Source of the DNA: an uncultured bacterium
GTDB lineage: Bacteria; Fidelibacterota; Marinisomatia; Marinisomatales; UBA1611
Length of the DNA: 64,000 nt
Reading direction: 5' to 3'
Assembly (NCBI GenBank): GCA_965660855.1
Contig: CBFIBM010000004.1
Span: 1 to 64,000, forward strand
Shown here: positions 1 through 8,199 of the stretch, piece after piece
Layout of the letters: each line of letters opens with the position of its first letter
Numbering within the stretch: the stretch's first letter is position 1
Position numbers and translations under genes: made by a program
Notes under the pieces: generated by a model
What the model was told of the DNA's origin: nothing
What the model saw: the letters and a program-made list of their open reading frames with translations, nothing else
The model's database searches: none

Positions 1-74
1 GTGACGCGGGTGAGACTCGAACTCACGGCCAATGGCTTAAAAGGCCACTGCTCTACCAACTGAGCTACCGCGTC
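1..74 (-). tRNA. tRNA-Lys (anticodon TTT); 3' end at window edge
   Basis: Reverse complement GACGCGGTAGCTCAGTTGGTAGAGCAGTGGCCTTTTAAGCCATTGGCCGTGAGTTCGAGTCTCACCCGCGTCAC folds as a cloverleaf, loop CT-TTT-AA, GTTCGA T-loop. Confidence 0.95.
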
Positions 75-383
75 GAAAATATTTAAACTAAATTAATTCG
101 AACACTTTTAGATTAGATTATAAATTTACTAAAATTTAAAAAGCGATATAATAATAAATTTACATATATTTTTGTTTATTGAAGAAGACGTCTTTAATGT
201 GAAATCAGCGGTTATTTTTTTATAAAACAACCTCAATGTCGTTTTCTTTTCAAGATCATTTTTCCATCTAATAACATGAATTTACATTTAATAAAATACT
301 ACCCTATGCAGGCTTTGTTCAAGGTAAGGATTTTTGTTTATGGTAGAATATGTAAATTATAATTGGTACTTTTAGAGAACACA

Positions 384-794
384 ATGAAATCAAAGCTAGA
401 ACACGCTAACCTTATTGTCAAAAATATCGATGAGACAATTTTGTTTCTTAGAACTGCTTTACCTGATTTTGTGATACGAAATGATGCCACCGATAAAGAC
501 CGTAATAGATGGGTTCATATTGGGAATAGTGATTATTACTTATCCTTAAACAGTGCAGATATTAAAAAAAAAGAAAATAATCAAATGCCTTATTCAGGAA
601 GAATTGGGCTTAATCATCTAGGGTTCATTGTTCATGATGTTGATGAGGTAAGAAGTCGCCTAATCTCTGCTGGTTATATTAAATCTACAGAATGTCTAGA
701 AACTAAATATAGAAAAAGTATTTACTTTTATGATAATGAGAATAGAGATTGGGAATTTGTACAATATTTTACAGCTGATAGAGAAAAAAAATAA
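384..794 (+). CDS. VOC/glyoxalase family protein
   Basis: LEHANLIV...GLNHLGFIV...SIYFYD..WEFVQY glyoxalase pattern; ATG 384 preferred over TTG 363. Confidence 0.85.
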   Translation: MKSKLEHANLIVKNIDETILFLRTALPDFVIRNDATDKDRNRWVHIGNSDYYLSLNSADIKKKENNQMPYSGRIGLNHLGFIVHDVDEVRSRLISAGYIKSTECLETKYRKSIYFYDNENRDWEFVQYFTADREKK

Positions 795-873
795 TTATTT
801 AGTAGATCCTCTTTAGGGTTTGTAATATTTATATTCCTATAATTTTTAAAAAAATCATAAAGAACTCTAACTC

Positions 874-1944
874 ATGAATAAGGTTATATTTATTATCGCG
901 GTAACTTGTTTTATTTACTCCGAAGATTTTCAAATCATATCAGATGGTGAAGAAAGATCTTTTAAAGCTTATTTCCCTGAGAATATTTCAGAGAGCGTTC
1001 CAATGGTCATATTAATGCATGGTCAAGGAGAAACTGTATATAATATGATTGCCTTAAGTAATTATTATCTCTCAAATAATATTATTTCTGTATTTCCTCA
1101 AGCAAATGTCCACTCTGTGGGTGATGAAGGTGATTCAACAACCGTTTGGAATGTACGTAATTATGATACAATGTCAGACGATGTAATGTTTATAAATGAT
1201 TTGATAACCTATCTAACCACAAATTTTAATTTGATTAATCCAAATAAAATTTTTGCAGCAGGATATTCAAATGGTGGTTATATGGCCTATAGATTATCGT
1301 GTGACCTATCTGATAAAATAGCAGCTTTTGGATCTGTATGTGGTAATATGTACTTAATTGATGATAATACTGATTGTACAGAGCAAGATAGGGAAATTCC
1401 AATTATTCATATTCATGGTACATTAGATAATATTAATCCATATTATGAAGGTGGATATGGCCTTTTTGGCAATGATATTATTGGCGATGAGTATTTAACT
1501 ATCTTTGAATCTATTGAATTTTGGAGCTCTCAAAATCAATTAACCAATGAATCGGTAGATACCATGTTCACCGGTGGTGGTTATTGGTGGGCTGGAGAAT
1601 ATTTTGAGACTAGCTCTATCAAGTTTACATATAGTAATAATATTTTAAATACGAAGTTTACTCATATCCGAGCTGTGAATGGTGGCCATGTTTGGTTTTA
1701 CGGAGATAATTGGGGATTTAATTCTCATGAAGAGCTACTTAATTTTTTTATGGAATATGATCTGAGTGATTTTATAAATTTAATTGGAGATCTTAATAAC
1801 GATGGAATTTTAGATATCAATGATTTAAGTGTTATAGTAAATTATATTTTAAACTTAAATGACCTAGATGAAGATCTAGATTTTAACTCTAGCTCTACGA
1901 TAGATATTTTTGACCTTTTAATTTTAGCGGACTCAATTAATTAA
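874..1944 (+). CDS. Secreted LpqC/PHB-depolymerase-like esterase with C-terminal dockerin domain
   Basis: Signal peptide; MHG, GYSNGG nucleophile elbow, IHGTLD, GGHVW; C-terminal GDLNNDGILDINDL...DFNSSSTIDIFDL dockerin repeats. Confidence 0.85.
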   Translation: MNKVIFIIAVTCFIYSEDFQIISDGEERSFKAYFPENISESVPMVILMHGQGETVYNMIALSNYYLSNNIISVFPQANVHSVGDEGDSTTVWNVRNYDTMSDDVMFINDLITYLTTNFNLINPNKIFAAGYSNGGYMAYRLSCDLSDKIAAFGSVCGNMYLIDDNTDCTEQDREIPIIHIHGTLDNINPYYEGGYGLFGNDIIGDEYLTIFESIEFWSSQNQLTNESVDTMFTGGGYWWAGEYFETSSIKFTYSNNILNTKFTHIRAVNGGHVWFYGDNWGFNSHEELLNFFMEYDLSDFINLIGDLNNDGILDINDLSVIVNYILNLNDLDEDLDFNSSSTIDIFDLLILADSIN

Positions 1945-1963
1945 AAGATAATTGAGTGGATAG

Positions 1964-2266
1964 TTGCTCGTTAAAAAAATAAAAACAGACCTCTATATCA
2001 ATAAAAATATTTATTATAGGACAGGTGTTTTTTTTATATTTATTTATCTTTTAATAATAATACTTACTCGATTTCAAATTATTCCTTCAAGCTTTAAACA
2101 AATTCGTTTTTTCCCAATTACAATTGGAATGATATTTTATTTTTATGGCATCATTACTCACTATAAAAATTCAAAAGATATTTATTTTATTAAACAAACC
2201 TCTTTGGGGTTTTTGATTGGAGGATTTATTTTAATTATTATTTTATTTTTTAAACCTTTTTTTTGA
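1964..2266 (+). CDS. Hypothetical membrane protein (about 3 TM)
   Basis: ORF with hydrophobic segments, no recognisable motif. Confidence 0.5.
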   Translation: MLVKKIKTDLYINKNIYYRTGVFFIFIYLLIIILTRFQIIPSSFKQIRFFPITIGMIFYFYGIITHYKNSKDIYFIKQTSLGFLIGGFILIIILFFKPFF

Positions 2267-2434
2267 TATCATCATTGTATAACCTGAGATAGATAAAACC
2301 CAAATTAGAAATGATATAGTTAATAAGATGAAATTCCTTAGTACTTCATTATCGTTTTTATACATTTCAAAAAAAAACCAAAGCCCTACATGTACCATAG
2401 TAGAGATAAAAATTCCAAGTGCAATTTTTCTCAT
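2243..2434 (-). CDS. Small hypothetical membrane protein (2 TM)
   Basis: 63-aa ORF, two hydrophobic helices, basic tail, follows 2466-2765 on the same strand. Confidence 0.55.
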   Translation of the reverse strand: MRKIALGIFISTMVHVGLWFFFEMYKNDNEVLRNFILLTISFLIWVLSISGYTMMISKKRFKK

Positions 2435-2465
2435 AATTTAAACCCTTGTATTCTATTCGTAAGCA

Positions 2466-2765
2466 TTAATCAGAATTATTCTCATATGGAAAAGGATTAT
2501 TTATCAGACTTAAGCTCTTATAATTATATTCAGATTCTACTGAAATGGGTATTTTGTTTTTTAAATGTAAAAAATTTTCCCCAACAATGATAAATCTCTT
2601 ATTTACAGAACCCTCTACCATACCGATCCTTTCTTCAAGTTTAATTAAGCGATGACGATATGTATCAGAAAAACCTTTTCCAGTTCTTTTTTTACTTCCT
2701 ATGCTTAACACTAATACCATTACCATCACCACACCAGTAATAACACCACGGAAAAATGAACTCAT
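2466..2765 (-). CDS. Hypothetical protein with N-terminal TM/signal and short coiled coil
   Basis: AGAGGAG Shine-Dalgarno upstream of ATG; N-terminal hydrophobic helix. Confidence 0.65.
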   Translation of the reverse strand: MSSFFRGVITGVVMVMVLVLSIGSKKRTGKGFSDTYRHRLIKLEERIGMVEGSVNKRFIIVGENFLHLKNKIPISVESEYNYKSLSLINNPFPYENNSD

Positions 2766-2857
2766 TTAAAAACTCCTCTTTAAAAAACGCAAATTAAATT
2801 TTTAATATTTTCTAATAAAAATATTTTTTTTTTACTGTAATTTTATTAAAGTTTATA

Positions 2858-3037
2858 ATGAAATTAACAATATTACTTACATTAGTTGGAAGTGCCATTG
2901 GATTTGCATACGCATCAGTTTTAGGCTGTGATACTGCTTGCTCTGTATCGTATTCATCATTAAATACAACTTTTTATGGAGCATTTATAGGCTTAATTCT
3001 TGCGTTCCCAATTAATAAAAAAATAAAGAATAAATAA
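2858..3037 (+). CDS. 59-aa two-TM protein with CxxxC loop (DUF6132-like); absent from ORF track
   Basis: Hand translation MKLTILLTLVGSAIGFAYASVLGCDTACSVSYSSLNTTFYGAFIGLILAFPINKKIKNK; pattern G..IG..Y....GC...C.......T.YGA..G. Confidence 0.75.
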   Translation: MKLTILLTLVGSAIGFAYASVLGCDTACSVSYSSLNTTFYGAFIGLILAFPINKKIKNK

Positions 3038-3086
3038 ATTTAATATCAACCTCTTAGTTTTTTAATTTATTTAGTTTTTAGCATTT

Positions 3087-3110
3087 AACCTCACAATTGT
3101 GAGGTTTTTT
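3087..3110 (+). terminator. Intrinsic terminator
   Basis: AACCTCAC-AATT-GTGAGGTT hairpin running into a T-tract. Confidence 0.75.
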
Positions 3111-3150
3111 GTTGAAAATATTATTAAATCATAAGATTTATTAAATAAAA

Positions 3151-3564
3151 ATGGATAAAAATAGTTTAAAACGTAATAAGCCCTGCCATTGCGGCAGTGG
3201 TAAAAAATATAAAAATTGTCATAATTCGAATGAAACTAAAAAATCGAATCTATGGCTATTTATTCTTCTTCCATTTCTTTTATTTGCATACTTTTTTATA
3301 CCCAATGATAATATACCTGAGAAAACTGATATTAAACCTTTTTCTAGTAATCAGAACACTAATGTTTTTTCCCAATCAGGTAAAAAAGCACCACCAGGAA
3401 AAGTTTGGTCTCCCGAACACAATCATTGGCATGATGCTCCTGTTGGTTTAGAAAAAAAAACTAAAGAATCTCCCCTTTCACCTGTGCCACAGGGAATTCC
3501 GCCTCAAGGAAAAATTTGGTCACCCGAACATAATCACTGGCATGATGAAAATTCTCATAAATAG
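3151..3564 (+). CDS. SEC-C metal-binding motif protein with TM helix and duplicated GK(V/I)WSPEHNHWHD motif
   Basis: RNKPCHCGSGKKYKNCH SEC-C motif; one TM; two His-rich repeats. Confidence 0.85.
   Translation: MDKNSLKRNKPCHCGSGKKYKNCHNSNETKKSNLWLFILLPFLLFAYFFIPNDNIPEKTDIKPFSSNQNTNVFSQSGKKAPPGKVWSPEHNHWHDAPVGLEKKTKESPLSPVPQGIPPQGKIWSPEHNHWHDENSHK
3397..3546 (+). repeat. Two diverged 39-nt direct repeats (3397-3435, 3508-3546) encoding GK(V/I)WSPEHNHWHD
   Basis: 12 of 13 aa identical, differences mostly synonymous. Confidence 0.85.
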
Positions 3565-3641
3565 TGTTTAAGACATAATAAATTATCACAATAGACTAAA
3601 TCTACTTTATTCAAAATTCTTTCTATTTTTTAAAATCTCAA

Positions 3642-3694
3642 TTGACCTGAAAATAATTTTATTGTTACATTTGCATTATAACCAATAAATGGAG
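3642..3694 (+). promoter_or_regulatory. Putative sigma70 promoter and RBS of proteorhodopsin
   Basis: TTGACC (3642)-18 nt-TACATT (3666) with extended TG; GGAG at 3691 before ATG 3700. Confidence 0.5.
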
Positions 3695-3699
3695 TAATT

Positions 3700-4398
3700 A
3701 TGTATTTAAGCTCTCTACTACTAGCAAACGATTATGTCGGGATGACTTTTTGGCTTGCTACAGCAATTATGTTAGCATCTACGGTATTCTTTTTTGTTGA
3801 AAGAGGAGATGTTAAGGGAAAATGGAAAACATCAATGACTGTTGCGGGTTTAGTAACTGGAATCGCTTTCTGGCATTACCTCTACATGAGGGAAGCTCAC
3901 TTAGCAGGAGATGTAACAACAGTTTTTAGATATATGGATTGGCTTGTAACCGTCCCGCTTCAAATTGTTGAATTTTATTTAATTCTAGCAGCTGTCACAG
4001 TTGTACCTACACTATTATTCTGGAAATTATTAGGTGCATCTTTAGTTATGCTCGTTTTCGGATTCTTAGGTGAAGCAGGGCTAATGGATGCAACTTTAGG
4101 ATTTGTTATTGGAATGGCAGCATGGGGGTATATAATATTTGAAGTATTTAGTGGGGAGGCTGCTAAATTAAGTGAATCAAGTGGTAACAAAGGTGGCCAA
4201 TTTGCATTTAATACTTTAAGATTAATTTTAACTATTGGGTGGGCAATCTATCCAATCGGATACTTTCTAGGATATTTAAGTAGTGGACCAACTGACGCTG
4301 GAACAGTAAATGTTATTTATAACCTTGCAGATTTAGTTAATAAAACAGCTTTCGGATTAGCTATATGGGCAGGAGCTAAAATGGATTCTGACGCTTAA
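3700..4398 (+). CDS. Proteorhodopsin, DTE proton pump, Gln at spectral-tuning site (blue-absorbing type)
   Basis: 7 TM; FWHYLYMR, RYMDWLVTVPLQIVEF, GWAIYP, YNLADLVNK retinal-binding Lys. Confidence 0.97.
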   Translation: MYLSSLLLANDYVGMTFWLATAIMLASTVFFFVERGDVKGKWKTSMTVAGLVTGIAFWHYLYMREAHLAGDVTTVFRYMDWLVTVPLQIVEFYLILAAVTVVPTLLFWKLLGASLVMLVFGFLGEAGLMDATLGFVIGMAAWGYIIFEVFSGEAAKLSESSGNKGGQFAFNTLRLILTIGWAIYPIGYFLGYLSSGPTDAGTVNVIYNLADLVNKTAFGLAIWAGAKMDSDA

Positions 4399-4424
4399 AA
4401 AAATTACTAAAATTCTCAGTTTGT

Positions 4425-4460
4425 AAAACAAAACCCTGCTTTATGGCAGGGTTTTGTTTT
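4425..4460. terminator. Bidirectional intrinsic terminator
   Basis: 15-bp stem AAAACAAAACCCTGC/GCAGGGTTTTGTTTT between convergent genes. Confidence 0.9.
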
Positions 4461-4482
4461 AGTATCTAAATAAAAAAAGACT

Positions 4483-4662
4483 CTAATCGTTACTACTTGA
4501 AACTTCTAACTTTATTAACTTATTTTTATTCATATAATAATAAACCTTATTAGGGTTACAACAAATCCTGCAGTCCCAAACTTCAACGTTCTCTCCTTCA
4601 AAATATTCAAGATCAACAGAAAAACTTTCAAAACAAAAATAACAACTGATTTTTATTTCCAA
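4483..4662 (-). CDS. 59-aa CPXCG-motif-like cysteine-rich (zinc-ribbon) protein; absent from ORF track
   Basis: Hand translation from TTG: MEIKISCYFCFESFSVDLEYFEGENVEVWDCRICCNPNKVYYYMNKNKLIKLEVSSSND; CxxC...DCxxCCxP. Confidence 0.8.
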   Translation of the reverse strand: MEIKISCYFCFESFSVDLEYFEGENVEVWDCRICCNPNKVYYYMNKNKLIKLEVSSSND

Positions 4663-4767
4663 TTTATCTTGGACTGTAATTAAAATTTATTAGGCTCATA
4701 CGTCCATTAAAAATATAAATTATAAAAATGGGACGTAAGTAGAAAATTATATCTTAATAGAACTTAT

Positions 4768-4989
4768 CTAGGAAAACATTAGAATATTCCAAAAGAGTAC
4801 TTGAATTACCCATATTACTAATAGTAAAAATGAGAAGAATATAGTGTGTATTTGAGGGTTCCGGTTTTTAAAAATTGTTATTGGATAAATGGGAAATAAA
4901 AAAAAACAAAACAATGAAAATTTATAAATAGGTAACCAATTAAAAATTATTGTCGAATAACATTTAATAAAGTTAAAAAATTCAAGCAT
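4768..4989 (-). CDS. Possible small membrane protein downstream of cstA
   Basis: 73-aa hydrophobic ORF 9 nt after the cstA stop; could be spurious. Confidence 0.3.
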   Translation of the reverse strand: MLEFFNFIKCYSTIIFNWLPIYKFSLFCFFLFPIYPITIFKNRNPQIHTIFFSFLLLVIWVIQVLFWNILMFS

Positions 4990-4998
4990 TATGATATT

Positions 4999-6729
4999 TT
5001 ACTCTTTTTCTGTTTTTGATTTAATTTTCCTGTAGACCTTAAATCCTTCATAAATCATCCATATAATAAGAATAATAAAGATGATTTCTATAGCGAATAG
5101 TAATAAGTTGTTATTTATGAACGTATTCGCATTGATAACTAAAGATATAAATGTAGTAATCGTAATAAAAACAAAAGGGATAATTAGTGGAACTATTTGC
5201 TTCTTTTTTTTCCAAAAATAAATTGACATCATTAGTAAAATCAATGCGGCTAACATTTGATTTGATGCACCAAAAAGAGGCCATAATGCCCACCCAGCTT
5301 TTATTTTTAATCCTGTAATAGGATCTGTAACATTCCAAAGAGTTAAAAAAAGAGCTGGTAGAATAGCTACTAAAGTAGCAAAATATCGATTTTTCAATAC
5401 CTTATTATTTATACTTATACCAACTTCGGTTAAAATAAAGCGTTGGACTCTTGTAGCGGTATCTAAAGTTGTTGCAGCGAATGAAATAACTAAAACAGCT
5501 GTAATTGTTTTTGCAAGTTCAGAAGAAACCCCTAATGACTCGATTAAAGCTCCACCCCCGAGAACAAAAGCAGTAGCTTTATTTGTAGCAGTATGTGCCC
5601 ATGTATCATAATAAATATTCCAACTTAGATTCTCGACGTATCCAATAGATGGTAAATTACATTTCCCAACTAAAGAAATACCAGCTACAGCAGCAATTAT
5701 TGATGCTAAAGCTAATGTTGCTTCTCCAAGCATAGATCCATAGCCAATAATTTTAGTATGTTTAATATTAGATATTTGTTTCGAAGTTGTTCCTGAAGCA
5801 ATTAAACCGTGAAATCCGCTTATTGCACCACATGCAATCGTAACAAATAATAATGGAAATATACTTTGTCCCCCTTCCTCTAAAGATCTAATCATCGGAG
5901 CCTCTATCTCCGGCTGTGCAATAAAAATTCCTGAATAGATTAAAATTAGTCCAACAATTAGTTGATGACTATTTAAATAATCTCTTGGTTGCAGTAATAC
6001 CCAAACTGGTAAAAGACTTGCAATTGCAGAATACATAAATAATAAAAAAATCCAAATTGTTAATTGAGAAGATTTATCAATTCCATACCAGTCAAGAGAG
6101 ATGGGTGTAAAAGTGCCTATGTATACAAAAATATAAAGGATAACCAAACCAATAATAGATAGATGCAAAGCATTGTATTTTTTCTTATATATTAATACTC
6201 CTACTATAACTGCAATAAATATCTCTATGTTTATAGGTAAGACAGCGGTTGGCATATTCACAAAGAGTCCTGCTATTGCCATAGAAAAAACAGCCATCAC
6301 CAACCAGCTCAACATCATTACAAAAATCAGAAATATGATCTTTACTCTTCTGTTTATAATACTTCCTGTAATATCAGCAATTGTATTCCCTTTTTCTTTT
6401 ACAGAGATAACAAGAGCGCCAAAATCATGTACTGCTCCAAAAAATATTGCACCAAATACAATCCATAAAAAAGCTGGTAACCATCCCCAATAGGCTGCAA
6501 TACAAGGACCAATTATTGGTGCAGCTCCAGCTACAGAAGTAAAATGATGACCAAGAAGAATATATTTAGGAGTTGGAACATAATCTATTCCGTCCTCAAA
6601 TTTTTTTGCTGGTACAGAACCTGAAAATTGATTTATAGAAAATACTTTTTCAGCTAAGTATGATGCATAATAGCGATACCCAATCCAAAATAGTATTAGA
6701 CCACTAATTGCTAAAAATGATGAATTCAT
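4999..6729 (-). CDS. cstA: Carbon starvation protein A (peptide/pyruvate transporter family)
   Basis: DGIDYVPT, GHHFTSVAGAAPIIGP, LLQPRDY, IACGAISGFH, TTLDTATR, LWPLFGASNQ. Confidence 0.95.
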   Translation of the reverse strand: MNSSFLAISGLILFWIGYRYYASYLAEKVFSINQFSGSVPAKKFEDGIDYVPTPKYILLGHHFTSVAGAAPIIGPCIAAYWGWLPAFLWIVFGAIFFGAVHDFGALVISVKEKGNTIADITGSIINRRVKIIFLIFVMMLSWLVMAVFSMAIAGLFVNMPTAVLPINIEIFIAVIVGVLIYKKKYNALHLSIIGLVILYIFVYIGTFTPISLDWYGIDKSSQLTIWIFLLFMYSAIASLLPVWVLLQPRDYLNSHQLIVGLILIYSGIFIAQPEIEAPMIRSLEEGGQSIFPLLFVTIACGAISGFHGLIASGTTSKQISNIKHTKIIGYGSMLGEATLALASIIAAVAGISLVGKCNLPSIGYVENLSWNIYYDTWAHTATNKATAFVLGGGALIESLGVSSELAKTITAVLVISFAATTLDTATRVQRFILTEVGISINNKVLKNRYFATLVAILPALFLTLWNVTDPITGLKIKAGWALWPLFGASNQMLAALILLMMSIYFWKKKKQIVPLIIPFVFITITTFISLVINANTFINNNLLLFAIEIIFIILIIWMIYEGFKVYRKIKSKTEKE

Positions 6730-6876
6730 TTAATTAACAAATCCTTATTTTTGTTGTATAAATACTAATGTTTAAATATATAATATGAATTTTAATTGAT
6801 AAATTAATTTTCAGGTTTAAATATATTATCCAACTTTAGATTATTAAAGAAAAATCAACTCTATAGGAGACTGGTC

Positions 6877-7257
6877 ATGAAACAATATTTTATTGGCTTT
6901 TTAACAGCTTTTTTTTTGAGTGCAAGTATCTATTTTTATGTAAAAATTTTAACTCCCTCAAAAAATAAATCTTACAATAAAGAAATCATTTTAGAAAGTG
7001 AATCTGGAAAAACAATAATTAAGGGTGGGGAAATTATACTATTTAATGAACAAAATCTTATGATCGCTTCTCTTGGCAGTGATAATAAGAATAGTGGAAA
7101 ATTAGTGATTCATAATAATTTAGGATATCAGGTTATTAATCTTGGAGCACATTATGGTGATGGAATGAGTGGAAATGGAATATTTAATATTAACAATCAA
7201 AATGGTGAATATGGTTGGTCTGTAATTGGGCGAGTTAGGGGTGAGCACTATCAATAA
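6877..7257 (+). CDS. Hypothetical membrane-anchored protein with Gly/Asn beta-repeat body
   Basis: AGGAG RBS; N-terminal TM; repeated G.L.I.N..G units. Confidence 0.7.
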   Translation: MKQYFIGFLTAFFLSASIYFYVKILTPSKNKSYNKEIILESESGKTIIKGGEIILFNEQNLMIASLGSDNKNSGKLVIHNNLGYQVINLGAHYGDGMSGNGIFNINNQNGEYGWSVIGRVRGEHYQ

Positions 7258-7463
7258 TAAATAATGTATATGAAAAAATTTAACTATATAGTAAAATTAG
7301 GTAGAAATGTTACCTTGAGTTGAAAAAAGAAAACATCTCTGCCTAAAATAGTATTCTATACTGCAATACTAGCATCATCGTACTTAACGATTTTCTAGTG
7401 TTATGTACTTGAGATCTATATCACGCTTTAAAATAATGAAAGGGGGGAAAAATTTTTAAACTT

Positions 7464-8198
7464 ATGGACATGTATCTATTAGGATTCCAGCCAGATATTT
7501 ACCATTTTTTTGAATCTATATCACCATTTCTTAATTATTGGTTAACCTTTTTTTTTGCTTTTACCCTAATTAGATTATCTATTTTTATCCTTACTAAAGA
7601 AAGAATTAGTATTTACAATAGTATAATTGGAGAAGCAGCTGGTATTTTATTAATTCTTGCCCATACAGTTTGTTTTTTTATGGCTATTTATACAAAAGAT
7701 GTTATCTCAACAATTCTATTTTTATGGTGGGGACCTGGATTTTTATTAACAGCTTTAATCCTATTTTTATCTAAAAAGAAAATTATAAATTTTAATTGGG
7801 CTTTATACGGCAGGGTTACTTCTTATGCCTGTAAAATAAGTTATATTATTTTTATGATAATCTATTTTTTCCTGAATGATTGGAGCATAATCTATACGTT
7901 TAGTTTTTGGATAATACATGACCAAATAAATTTAGCGTGGTTTTGTACTAATGCCGATCGAACGCGACGAACCTTTGAAGATTTTTTTCTAATTAGATTA
8001 CTATATTTAGGAGGGTTACTCATTCCTTTTTTTATAAAAATACCTCATAGTCAAATATTCCAACCAATATCAATTCTATTATTTATTTTATGGATAATTT
8101 CAATAAGAAGATTGGTAAAGAAAGGTGTTTTTTTTAAACGCCCATCTGGTGAAGGTGCTTTTTTAAGAGATATTATCTATTTGCCACTTAAAAAATAA
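7464..8198 (+). CDS. Hypothetical polytopic membrane protein
   Basis: About 7 hydrophobic segments with polar motifs WWGPGF and DQINLAWFCTNADRTRRTFED. Confidence 0.7.
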   Translation: MDMYLLGFQPDIYHFFESISPFLNYWLTFFFAFTLIRLSIFILTKERISIYNSIIGEAAGILLILAHTVCFFMAIYTKDVISTILFLWWGPGFLLTALILFLSKKKIINFNWALYGRVTSYACKISYIIFMIIYFFLNDWSIIYTFSFWIIHDQINLAWFCTNADRTRRTFEDFFLIRLLYLGGLLIPFFIKIPHSQIFQPISILLFILWIISIRRLVKKGVFFKRPSGEGAFLRDIIYLPLKK

Positions 8199-8199
8199 T

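Noticed and set aside
2924..2943. CDTAC shared by the 59-aa membrane protein and the ferredoxin
   Set aside because: Five-residue match in unrelated folds with different codons; coincidence
4080..4130. Carotenoid-antenna proteorhodopsin supplied by the CruF-like gene
   Set aside because: By eye the helix E fenestration position is Phe (GFVIGM), not Gly, and the CruF-like gene is about 15 kb away
4699..4737. TACGTCC/GGACGTA inverted repeat
   Set aside because: Only 7 bp with a 25-nt AT-rich spacer; no supportable function
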